A DNA stretch of 64,000 bases. Source: an uncultured beta proteobacterium. GTDB lineage: Bacteria > Pseudomonadota > Gammaproteobacteria > Burkholderiales > Casimicrobiaceae. The stretch spans positions 5,622 through 69,621 of the forward strand of contig CAVUXI010000023.1 of the NCBI GenBank assembly GCA_963745385.1. The letters run 5' to 3'. The position numbers and the translations under genes were made by a program. The notes below the pieces were generated by a model. It ran no database searches, had not been told where the DNA came from, and saw nothing but the letters and a program-made list of their open reading frames with translations. Of this stretch, positions 50,761 to 60,837 are shown piece by piece. Each line of letters starts with the position of its first letter. Positions within the stretch are counted from its first letter, which is position 1.

Positions 50761-51515
50761 CCGTTGCGCTGCGAACCGTCGGGCTTTCGAAGTCGTTCGG
50801 CGCGTTCAAGGCCAACTCCGACATCACCTTGTCGTTCGACGTCGGGCGCGCGCCACGCGCTCATCGGCCCCAATGGCGCGGGCAAGACAACGTTCATCAA
50901 TCTGCTGACCGGAGCGCTGACGCCCAGCGCGGGCGAGGTATTCCTGGGCGAGGAGAGAGTAACGTCACTTGCCGCAGCATTTGCGAGTCAAGGCGCGGCA
51001 TGACGCGCACGTTTCAGATCAACACGCTGTTTCCCGGGGTTGACCGTGCTGGAGTCGGTGACGCTCGCGTGCTGCGAGCGCGACGGCGAGGGATCGATAT
51101 GGTGGCGCACAGTGTCGGCGGCGCGGCGGCAGATCGACGAAGCGCTGAAGATTCTCGCGTTTGCTGCGGCTCGAGCCGGACGCTGCCGTCGAGACGCGCA
51201 ACCTCCCCTACGGCAAGCAGCGTCTGCTGGAGATCGCGCTTGCGCTCGCGACGCGACCCAAGGTGCTGCTGCTCGACGAGCCCGCGGCGGGGATTCCGTC
51301 CGCGGAAAGCGCCGAGCTTTTCAGCGTCATCGCGAGCTTGCCCAAGGACGTGTCGCATCGTCTTCATCGAGCACGATATGAATCTCGTGTTCAAGTTCGC
51401 GGAAAAGATAACGGTGCTCGTGGGCGGCGCGGTCCTGGTCGAAGGAACGCCCGAGGAAATCGCGCGCGACCGGCGGGTGCGCGAGGTCTACCTGGGCGAG
51501 GCGGAGCATGCCTGA
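50757..51515 (+). pseudogene. livG: LivG-type ABC ATPase, frameshifted
   Basis: Walker A GPNGAGKTT (ORF 50764..51003), signature/Walker B LLLDEPAAG (ORF 51161..) and the C-terminus (ORF 50739..51515) lie in different frames. Confidence 0.7.
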
Positions 51516-52210
51516 GCTGCTGACCGCGGCAGGATTGACGGCGGGCTACGGCGACTCGATCGTGCTCGAGGATGTCTCGCTTCGAGATCGCGGAAGGCGG
51601 CAGCCTGGCGTTGCTCGGCCGCAACGGCGTAGGCAAGACGACGCTGCTGCTGACGCTGATGGGGCTCACCCGCCTGAAGCGGGGAAGCATCGTATGGCGC
51701 GGCTCCGATATCACGCGGCTGCCGACATTCCGCCGCGCGCACGCCGGTCTGGGATGGGTGCCGCAGGAACGTTTCATGTTTCCTTCGCTGACGGTCGAGG
51801 AGCATCTCACCGTGGTGGCAAGGCCCGGTGCTTGGGACCTGAACCGCGTCTACCGCATTTTTCCGCGGCTCGAGGAGAGGAAGCGCAACCTGGGCAACCA
51901 ATTGTCCGGCGGCGAGCAGCAGATGGTCGCGATCGCCCGGGCATTGATGACCAACCCCAAGCTGCTTCTGCTCGACGAGCCGATGGAGGGGCTGGCGCCG
52001 ATCATCGTGCAGGAGCTGATGAAAGTCATCGGCGAGCTCGTGCGGGTCGGAGATTTCGCGGTCATCGTCGTCGAGCAGCATGCCCGGCTTGCGCTCGAGC
52101 TCACGGAAACAGCGATCGTGCTCGATCGAGGACGGATTGTCCATCGCGCAGCCAGCGAGGAGCTGCTCGCCGATCCGGCAACGCTCGATCGGCTGGTCGC
52201 GGTCGCTTGA
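51508..52210 (+). pseudogene. livF: LivF-type ABC ATPase, one frameshift near 51575
   Basis: MPELLTAAGLTAGYGDSIVLEDVS (frame 1) then FEIAEGGSLALLGRNGVGKTT...LSGGEQQM...LLLLDEP (frame 2, otherwise intact). Confidence 0.75.
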
Positions 52211-52319
52211 CGCTCGGCGGTCTTTCCACGATTCCAGAGCAAGCGCTCTCGCGGCGCACGCCGCGCGCTGCCTAAGGTATAGTCGCCGCGTTTGCGACGA
52301 CCCCAAGTTTCGGAATTCC

Positions 52320-53192
52320 ATGCAGTTCCTGCTCAAGGCGCTGACGCGTCTGCCGCTGCCCTTGCTGTATCCATGGGGAGCGCTGATCTATTTCGTGGCC
52401 TTTCGCGTCATGCGATGGAGGCGCGATCGTGCCGAGCGCGACATCGCCAACGCGTTGCCGGAAAGAGCGCCCGCGGAGCGCTCGGCGATTCTGCGAAAGT
52501 CATACCGCAATCTCGCCGACACGATCATGGAGTCGTTCTGGGGTTTCGGCGCCAGCGCGGATGCGCTCAAGCGCCGGGTTACATTCGAGAACCCCGGGCT
52601 CGTCACCGAGTGCATGGTCGCGAAGCAGTCGGTGATTCTGCTCACCGCGCACTACGGCAACTGGGAATGGCTATCGCTCGCCGCCGGCGCCACGTTCGAC
52701 ATGACCATCGATGTCGTCTACCAGCCGCAGCGGGTCGCCGCGTTCGACCAGTTTCTGCGCGAAGCGCGCGCGCGCTTTGGCAGCCGCTTCATTCCGCGCA
52801 AGGAGTTCATTTTCGATCTGCTGAGCCGGGCCGGACAGCCGCGGACCTATGCGCTCATCGCCGATCAGACGCCGAAAAAGAACGACCCTCGCTACTGGAC
52901 GCGCTTTCTGCACCAGGACACGGCGTTTTTCGTCGGCGCCGGCAAGATCGCGCAATTCCTCGACGCCAAGGTGCTCTATGTCTCGATGCGCCGCGTGCGC
53001 CGGGGCTATTATTCGGTGACGCTTACCGAGATCGGCGCGCCGCCGTACGACGAGGGCGCCGACGTGCGCATTGTCGAGGAATACGCTCGCTGTCTCGAGC
53101 GCGACGTACGCGAGAGTCCGGCTGATTGGCTCTGGCTGCAGAACAAGTGGAAGATTCCAAAGCCCGCGGAGACGGGGCTTCGCGCACGGTAA
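52320..53192 (+). CDS. LpxL/HtrB-family lipid A biosynthesis (lysophospholipid) acyltransferase
   Basis: N-terminal TM, HX4E motif TAHYGNWEW, family-typical length. Confidence 0.75.
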   Translation: MQFLLKALTRLPLPLLYPWGALIYFVAFRVMRWRRDRAERDIANALPERAPAERSAILRKSYRNLADTIMESFWGFGASADALKRRVTFENPGLVTECMVAKQSVILLTAHYGNWEWLSLAAGATFDMTIDVVYQPQRVAAFDQFLREARARFGSRFIPRKEFIFDLLSRAGQPRTYALIADQTPKKNDPRYWTRFLHQDTAFFVGAGKIAQFLDAKVLYVSMRRVRRGYYSVTLTEIGAPPYDEGADVRIVEEYARCLERDVRESPADWLWLQNKWKIPKPAETGLRAR

Positions 53193-53196
53193 CCCA

Positions 53197-53334
53197 TTGT
53201 GCCGTTCCGCAACCAACTTTATAAACTCCGTTCGGCCCGAGCCTGTCGAAGGCCGCCCTGCGGAGCCGTTCATGGTTCGACAAGCTCACCACGAACGGCT
53301 GAAAGTAATGTGGGTTATTGGCGGAACGCCACAC
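53197..53334. repeat. REP-B copy 2 (138 bp)
   Basis: TTGTGCCGTTCCGC ... GCGGAACGCCACAC with the same core as 25729-25900. Fills the whole gap between the convergent acyltransferase and PPTase genes. Confidence 0.7.
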
Positions 53335-54059
53335 TAGGTCGCTAGCCACATCGCGACGGTGGCGATCCATTCCGGCGGGACGGCCGCCGGATAGAGCCGC
53401 CACGCCTCCGGCGTGTAAGGCGGCGGCCCCGCGGTCAGCGCGGGTCTTTCCTGAATGGAAATGTCGATGTCGCGAAAGGGCGCCGACAGCGCATCGCCGG
53501 TCGCTTTGCTCATCGCTTCCTTGCAGGTCCACAGTCGAAGGAAGAGCCGCCGCCGTGGGTCGGTGTCGAGCGCGGCGAGGAAAGCTCGCTCTCGCTCTGT
53601 CATGAATTTGCGTGAAACGCCGTCGACGTTGACTGCGCGATCCGCGCGCTCGATGTCCACACCAACGCGAGTGCCGGAAGAGAGCACATCGGCGATGGCG
53701 ATCAACGCGATCCCCTGCGTGTGGGACACGTTGAAATCGAGATTGCGCGCCGCGGCAAGCTCCGGCCGCCCGCGCCTCCCCGATTTGAGCTCGACGGCGT
53801 TCGGCGCTATTCCCAGCCTGGCGCCCAGCAGAGAACGAAGCGTTGCGCGTCCGACGATCCAGCGGCGGCGCAAAAGCTCGGTGCCGAAGCGCGCCGCTCG
53901 CGCCCGCTCGGCAGCAGAAAGCGAAGCCGCCATCGCGACGACGGCGTGCGAGTCGTCATCGAGGCGGCACAGCCACAGCTCGCAACCGGCTGCGGGCGCC
54001 GGCACGCGAGTGATCGCCTCGCCGGCGGAGCCTGGAACGGACGCCCGAGCGCCCCTCAT
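53334..54059 (-). CDS. Sfp-type 4'-phosphopantetheinyl transferase
   Basis: Motifs FNVSHT, GVDIER and WTCKEAMSKA. Confidence 0.8.
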   Translation of the reverse strand: MRGARASVPGSAGEAITRVPAPAAGCELWLCRLDDDSHAVVAMAASLSAAERARAARFGTELLRRRWIVGRATLRSLLGARLGIAPNAVELKSGRRGRPELAAARNLDFNVSHTQGIALIAIADVLSSGTRVGVDIERADRAVNVDGVSRKFMTERERAFLAALDTDPRRRLFLRLWTCKEAMSKATGDALSAPFRDIDISIQERPALTAGPPPYTPEAWRLYPAAVPPEWIATVAMWLAT

Positions 54060-54126
54060 CGTCTACCCAGGTCACGGCGCTGCAGATACACATCAACGCG
54101 GCGTACGTGCGCCCAAGGCTTGCGCA

Positions 54127-57100
54127 TCACTTCCCGGGCACACGGCAACAAGTTGCGGTCGCCGTCAAATGCGCATCCGCGCCCGAGTTGCTCGCCGAGC
54201 ACAGCCACGCCTGTCCCAGCGCCTTATCAGCGACGAGCTTCATGCTCGGCGAATCGCTGTCGCAACTGCCCGCCGTCAGCTGTATAGCCCGCGGCACATG
54301 CGGGCGACGTCGCGTTGCCCGACGAGCCCGCACCGATGGTCACCGCGCCCGACGTCTGCGTCGTGCATTGCAGCGCCGTCGCATCCGATGAAACGAAATA
54401 GCCCACGACGTCGAAGATGAGGTGCGCCGACAAGGCCGCCGGCATCGCGAAGTAGATATTGTTGCCGGCGACCTGCGGGACCACGTACATCGTCGACAGA
54501 CCCTGGCCATGGGTGTAGTTCAGCGCGACCGTCGACAACGTCGTGCTCAAATCGCTGCTGTCGCTCACGCCGAGGAACGCGTCGAAATTCGGATTGAGTA
54601 TCGTGATGACGATCGCAACACCGAAGATGGAACTGCCCGGCGGATTGGTGAGGCCGCAGTCCGAAGCTGGATTCCCGCCATAGATCCCCCAGTTCCCGCC
54701 AGCCGCGACGTATCCCGGAATCTGTTTCAGCGCTCCGCCGGTGATCGGACCCTGCACGCCGCTGGCTAGCGTCGCATGGCGCGTGTCCATGATCCGGCAC
54801 GGCTCCACCGGCTTGTAGACTAAGTTGCTGGGGCCGGCCAGCCCCGCGGGCGCCGCTATGAAGAATTCCTCCGAGGCCATGGCCGCGACGTACTGGACAT
54901 CTCCGGCAAAGCTCGCGCTCAAGCTCAGCGGTCCTCTCGACGGAACGATGAGAGTGCAACTCGCGTTGCCTTGCGCGTCGGTGATTCCGTTGCATGTCTG
55001 GCCGCCGAGCGAGAAATGGACGGTCGCGCCTGCGATCGCCGTGCTCGGATTTGCCGACGCATCGACCAGCGACGCCACGACCGTCACCGGCTGACCGGCG
55101 ATGCCGCCCGAGGGGCTCAGGTTGAGCGCAAGGAACGTGACGTGTTTCCCGGGCGCCCAGGTGACCGTCGCCGCGTTCGACGTAAAGGTGGAGTTCGCTA
55201 TCGTCGCGGTGGCGGTGACCGTATCATTTCCCGCGAAGGCTCCTGTGTAAGCGATTGTCGCCGCGCCGTTCGCGTCCGTGTTGCCAAGTCTTGTCTGGGC
55301 GTTCGCTCCGCTGACTTCAAAATAAACAGGAGTACCCGCCGGCGCAGTGACATTCTTGAAGGTCGCGGTGAAGCTCTGCGAGGCGCCCTGAAGCGGATTC
55401 GGTGAGACACTCGCCGGAGTCAGCGCCAGGCTCGGCGCCGGATTGGTCGGCACGAAGCCGCAGGGTCCGACGCTCGGTGCGAGCTTGTAGATGGTGTCGC
55501 TGGCGCCTGCATAGAGACATCCGTCAGGACCGATGACCGCGGGTGCGATCGATCCGGTGGCCAGCGTCGTCGATGTAAACGGTTGAGTGGTGACATCGAC
55601 AAGCACCAAGGCACCGCTCTGATGGACCATGAACGACTTCGCCGCACCGCTGGGCAACGCCTGTGCGATCGCGATGCCGTAGTCCGTCGTGATACCGGAC
55701 AGCGTCGTCTGGGTCGGTGGCTGCGGTTGGTCGGTACCGGAAATCCGGATGATCGGCGCGGTGGGATTGTTGAAGTAGCCCGTGACTGCGTATAACGTGC
55801 CGTCCGGCGAGAAGGCCAGCCCGCCGTTCGCCGTCGCGGGCAAGGTCGTATAGACGGACATCGTCGCAGCCCCGGCGGGATCATGGATGCGCCAAAGAGA
55901 TGCGTTGTCGGATCCGGCCCCCGAGCATTGATCGTCGAAGAACAGGTCTCCGCTCAGCGGATCCACTGAGAGGCCGCCCGGACACGTCAGATTGGCGGCG
56001 ACAACACGGAGCTGGGCACCGGTGACCGGGTCGATCTCGATCAGGTCGCCGGTGAAAAAGTTACCCGTTGTCGCGCCGTGAGTGGCATAGAGGCGGCCAT
56101 CCTTCCCGAAAGTAGGCTGGCCCAGCGTCTGGTTCAGATTCGACAGCTTGTTCCCAGCCGCCGCCCCACCACCGAGTCCGAACTCGAAGAGGTCGCCGGT
56201 ACGAAAATCGGCGACGAACACCGGCCCCGACGAGCTGAACGTCGGGTTGGTCGCGCCCGGGCACCCGCCCCAGTTTACGTTGCCGAAGAAAAAGTTTTGC
56301 GCGACGAAGCCATTCGCCCACGGCGTGATCGTATAGCCGGCCCCCGGGGTGGGCGCCGCGCCCACGCACGAGGTGTTGCCGCCGGTGAACGTTACCGTCG
56401 CCGAGCCGGGGATCGGCAAATCACCGTCGGTGACATCGACGGCGGTGTAGGTGACGATCTCGTTGACGTTGTCGGTCGCGATGAACTGGATTTGTCCGTT
56501 CGCGTCCGTAACGGCGGGCGAAGGACCGGTGACGATGGAATGGCCGCTTCCCTGCGAAAGCGTGATCAGCTTACCCGGTGTCGGTCGACTGAGCGCGTCC
56601 TGGAGCGTGACAGTGATCGTGCTGGTGCTGGTCCCGTCCGACGGAACCGTGGTCGGGGAGGCAGCGATCCCTGCGCTTGCCGCCGGTGGCGTCACGAATG
56701 TGATCTTCGGTGTTTTCGTGAGCGTGATCCCGTCAGTCGTGTCGGTGACGGTAAATGTCACGGTTTCCGCGACAGTGTCGGTGACGGTGAATGTCACCGC
56801 GCCGTCGGTATCGTCGGAAGGCCCGCTCGGAGCCGAGACGACGGCGTGGCTTCCGGCATTCGGAGTGAGACTGACGATCTTGCCTGCGACGGAGAAATGG
56901 CTGGCGTCGGTCAGGCTGACCCGCAGGACAGCCTGTGTGGTCCCGTCCGCCGCCGGGAGAAGCGTCCCACCCGCACGGGAAGTCGATGGGTCGACGGGGC
57001 CGATGGCATGGTTGGCGAAATGCGCCAGCAAGTTGTCGAAGTTGGGCGATCCGAGGCCGACGTGGGCGAAGTCCGAGCCCATGCTCGACGCCGAATGGAA

Positions 57101-58939
57101 TGCGTTGGTCCCCGCCAGTGGATAGAAGGCCGGATTCAGTTGGCCGATATTGGATCCCAGCTGCTCGTTGAGGTAGGCCACGATGCCCGCCATCAGTGGA
57201 GCGGCCATGCTCGTGCCGCCGTACAACAGGCCTGTCGGGCAGCCACCCGCATCGGCCTGGCAGATACTGAAGCCCGCCGTCGGGTCGGCCGTGACAGCGA
57301 CGTCTGGAACCGATCGCATCGCCGACGTCGTCAGGCCGTTTTGATAGAGGGGGCGAGCGAAGAAGCGGCTGACCCCGAAGCCGCCCTGACCGGTGGCCGG
57401 GGTGTCACCCGAACCGTCCCACCAAGTCTCGCTGCCATACGTGAAGCCCGGACCAAACGTAGGGGTCGTGCCGCCGACCGCGGTGCTATGGGGCGAGCTG
57501 GCCGGTACTCCGACGGTGTTCGGGCTGCCGTCGAGGCAGGTCGAGCCGCTGTCGCCGCTTCCGTTGATTACGGTGATGCCCGCGGCCGCGGCCTGGGCCA
57601 GGATGGAGTCGATACTCTGGACGTCCGCCAAGGTGTGTTGATCCTCGCACTCCGTCCAGGAGTTGCTGATGACCGTGACGCCATCGTTGATCATGACGTT
57701 GAGCACTTGCTGGAAGCTCGTATTCGGCGGCGCGTCGTATACCACGTAGGTCGTATTCAACGATGGGTCGGCGATCATGACCGTGGCAATGTCGAGGAGT
57801 ACTTCCGACTCCCCCGAGCCGGGACTGCCAGCGCCACCGTTGACGTGCACTTCGCTGAGGTGGCTTGCGAAGAGCGGGTTGCCATGGACCAGACTCAACC
57901 AGCCGCTGATATCGCTCTGATGGAAGGTGTCGAACTCGAGGAGTCCGATTTTCTGCATGTTCGCGTCGCGCGCGGGCTTTTGGGCAATCCGTCTTGCGTC
58001 TGTGGTGGCTGCCAGTTTTTCTTCGAGGGTCTTGTCTCTCGCAGGACTGTTCAGGAAAAAGTTACCTGGATGATTGGACAGGTAGCCCAAGTAGAATCCG
58101 AGGCAATGTCCAATGGCACTCGGCAGAGAAAAATACTGAAACGCGAAGAAGTTGCCGAAGACCACTGAGATCGACGTGATGACGGAAATAAGATCCTGCG
58201 CCTGATCGTAGAGGTTCTGCGGCCCGGGCGGCTGTGCTTGGTGCATGTACGCCTGGAAAAGGCCGACACCCGGGATCAGTCCCAGCGCGTCATTGATGCA
58301 CGCATTCTTGACATCCTGCGGCTTCGTCGTCTTAAGGGGAGCCGCGGGGACTGCGATATTCGACAGGCCTGATACCGACATCACGCTCGCGGCGAGCTCG
58401 GGCGGCAACGCAGGATTGCTGTCGTTCGCATAGAAGCTTTTGTCGTCTATGCGATAGTCACCGATATGCACCGCGAAGGCCTGCTCTGTTTGGACACGTG
58501 AGCCGCGTACCGTGATCGTCAGCCGGTTTGCGGACCCGTCGAGCAGCTCGAATCCGTTGGCGCGCAAGTAGTCCAGGACCTGCTGGTACGCGCCGCTCGT
58601 GGGGCCAAACGTGTCAGCGATCCCGGACTGACTCAGGAAATGCCTGAAAGTCGGTGAGCCCGGGTCGTACACGTCATGGAGATAGCGGTCGAATCCCGCC
58701 TGATCCGAGCGCTGCAGCGTGACCGTGAGCGTCAGCGGCTCCTCGCCGCCCGCGAGCAATTTGGCGCTAGTGGTCGGGAGCTGTGTCGCCTTTGACAGCA
58801 TCGGCAACACGTGATCCGGCAGTTCGACTCGCGTCGATTGTCGAGTATCCGACGACGCTGCGTGCGACGGCCCGAGAAGCAGGAGCAAAGAAAAGAGCGT
58901 TGAAGCGAGCAGCCCGACGGATCGACCGATCTTTCTCAC
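54127..58939 (-). CDS. Giant secreted S53 (sedolisin/kumamolisin-type) peptidase with Ig-like (Big_1-type) repeats, a beta-propeller-like region and the shared CCRVPGK C-terminal module. A frameshift at ~54280 interrupts the last ~50 codons.
   Basis: Signal peptide. Pro-kumamolisin-type propeptide (SPTFRHFLS...FYAND...GLSN). Catalytic motifs SEVLLDI, SGDSGS and GGTSMAAPLMAG. The ORF-track frame stops at 54227. Shifting frame at ~54280 restores ...LTAGSCDSDSPSMKL...HLTATATCCRVPGK, ending at 54127. Confidence 0.8.
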
Positions 58940-59200
58940 TTTGACCCCCCCACGACGTGTATCCCAACACGGCCTACGTATTGCACGAGATGAATCTAAC
59001 GCGAGCTCGGCGGTGTATTTTTAGAAAGTGACGACGATGCTCATCGACTGGCCGGCGCATCCGCGGGACTAAAGTCTCGCCGGGACGTGAGACGTCTGCG
59101 AGACCGCCCTCTGCTGGGGAGCGTAGTGCGCGAGGCCACCGAAGATCAACGCTCGCGGTTCAGAAGCTTTTGCGGGCGACGCTGGACGTGACCTCCTCGC

Positions 59201-59662
59201 TCAGAGAGACGTCACTGAATCAGTAGACATGACAGCGGCGGCTATTGCTGCGGCGTGTTGCCTGTTCTCATGGATGTGCCCGGCAGGCTTATGCGGCGCG
59301 CCGTCGGTCTGCAGCTGACGCTGGATGCGCCCGGCGTTTTGCTTGAGCGTGCCTTCCTGCATCTGCTGCAGCAGCGCGACGTTCGCGGAGAACTCCCACG
59401 GCGTCTGCGACTGCAGCAGGCTCTGTTGCAACATCGGCGGAGCGCCCGCCATCAGGCCTTGCACCTTGGCAAGCCACACCTCGCGGTCCTCGACCACGCC
59501 CGTCGGCGTCGAGGCGAGGCGCGAGGGATAGAAGCGCAGCAGCGGCGCCGCGCTGGGAACGACCTGCGCTTGACCCGTCAGGGCCGGCGGCGCCGCGCTG
59601 GCGGCACTCGCCGTCAGCGGCAGCGCGATCGTCGCAAGGATCATCCAGTTCACTTTTCTCAT
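59201..59662 (-). CDS. Secreted 153-aa protein, paralogous to the N-terminal module of the next gene upstream
   Basis: Signal peptide, RBS GAGAGGA. RFYP..L.S.P.GVVE...VWLAKVQGL.A.AP..LQQSLL.SQTP..F.ANVALLQQMQEG.LKQ is shared with 59694..60800. Confidence 0.6.
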   Translation of the reverse strand: MRKVNWMILATIALPLTASAASAAPPALTGQAQVVPSAAPLLRFYPSRLASTPTGVVEDREVWLAKVQGLMAGAPPMLQQSLLQSQTPWEFSANVALLQQMQEGTLKQNAGRIQRQLQTDGAPHKPAGHIHENRQHAAAIAAAVMSTDSVTSL

Positions 59663-59693
59663 GCGTTTCCTCTCGGTGTCGGCGGCCGGGGGT

Positions 59694-60800
59694 CTACTTG
59701 CCGGGGACGCGGCAGCAATTCGCGGTCGCGGTCAGATTGGCCGATGCACCGGTGTTGAACGCGGAGCAGAGCCACGTCGTATTGCCGCCTGATGCCTCGT
59801 GCGACACGAGCGTCATGCTGGTCGAGGTGCTGTCACAGCTTCCCCCTGTCAACGTGTATCCGGCAGTGCAGGCCGGCGAGGTTGCGGTGCCCGCGCTCGC
59901 CGTAGCTACGGCGACTGGCGCCGAGGCCTGCGTCGTGCATTGCAGCGCGGTCGCGTCGGACTGCACGAAGTAGCCCACGACGTCGAAGATGAGCTGTGCC
60001 GACAATCCCGTCGGCATTGCGAAGTAGATGATGTTGCTGGAAAGCTGCGGCACGATGTACATGGTCGACAGCCCTTGACCATGGGTGTAGTTCAACGCGA
60101 CCGTCGACAGTGTGGTGCTCAGGCTGTTGGCGTCGGACACGCCGAGGAACGCGTCGAAGTTGGGGCTGAGTATGGTGATGACGATCGCGACGGCTTTGAT
60201 GAAGGTTCCCGGCGGGTTCTTCAGCCCGCAATCGGTTGCCGCGCCACCGTAGATGGTCCAGTTGCCGCCGGCGGTAACGAAGCCTGGCAGCAGCTTGAGC
60301 GAATTCCCGGCTATCGGTCCCTGCACGCCGCTGCCCGCCGTGGCGCTGCGCGTGTCCATGATCCGGCACGGCTCCAGCGGCGTGTAAACGAGGTTGGCGG
60401 CGTCGCCCAGTGCGCGCGCCGTCATGGTTCCGCTCTTGGCCTGGCTCTTGAGCTCCGACCCGGCCTGCTTGAGCATGCCTTCCTGCATCTGCTGCAGCAG
60501 CGCCACATTGGCGGCGAAATCCTGCGGCGTCTGGGATGCAAGCAGGCTCTGCTGCAGCACCGACGGCGCCGCAGCGACCAGACCCTGCACCTTCGCGAGC
60601 CAGACTTGCGGCTCTTCGACGACACCGGCGGGCGAGGAAGGAAGCGGCGCAGGATAGAACCGCGCCAGCGGCAATGCGCTGGGGACGGCGTGCGCGCCGC
60701 CCGCCTCCATCACCGGCAGCGGTGCGGCTGCAGCGATGCCGGCCGCGAACGCCAGCGCGATTGCGACGGCGGCTATTCCGTTGCTGTTCGACTTGTTCAT
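59694..60800 (-). CDS. Secreted protein: ~110-aa unknown N-module plus the shared CCRVPGK C-terminal module
   Basis: ATG at 60800 with GGGAGACAGGAAG upstream. The ORF maximum start at 60836 would lie 1 nt from the upstream stop. Signal peptide. C-terminal 233 aa are the shared module. Confidence 0.75.
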   Translation of the reverse strand: MNKSNSNGIAAVAIALAFAAGIAAAAPLPVMEAGGAHAVPSALPLARFYPAPLPSSPAGVVEEPQVWLAKVQGLVAAAPSVLQQSLLASQTPQDFAANVALLQQMQEGMLKQAGSELKSQAKSGTMTARALGDAANLVYTPLEPCRIMDTRSATAGSGVQGPIAGNSLKLLPGFVTAGGNWTIYGGAATDCGLKNPPGTFIKAVAIVITILSPNFDAFLGVSDANSLSTTLSTVALNYTHGQGLSTMYIVPQLSSNIIYFAMPTGLSAQLIFDVVGYFVQSDATALQCTTQASAPVAVATASAGTATSPACTAGYTLTGGSCDSTSTSMTLVSHEASGGNTTWLCSAFNTGASANLTATANCCRVPGK

Positions 60801-60837
60801 CTTCCTGTCTCCCGTAAAAGGACTACTTGGCTTCATC

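Noticed and set aside
53023-53532. 169-aa ORF and the 53071..53337 ORF spanning the REP-B repeat
   Set aside because: Their only recognisable peptide segments are translations of the REP-B repeat core, and they overlap the PPTase and acyltransferase genes.
56078-58168. 696-aa ORF antisense to the S53 giant gene. Similar Arg/Ala/Gly-rich shadow ORFs occur elsewhere (e.g. 16691..18385 +, 1613..2377 -, 10434..11453 -, 13474..14796 -, 59799..60953 +)
   Set aside because: These are typical high-GC antisense or out-of-frame shadow ORFs. Their composition is Arg/Gly/Pro/His-rich, they have no motifs, and they fully overlap genes that have clear family signatures.
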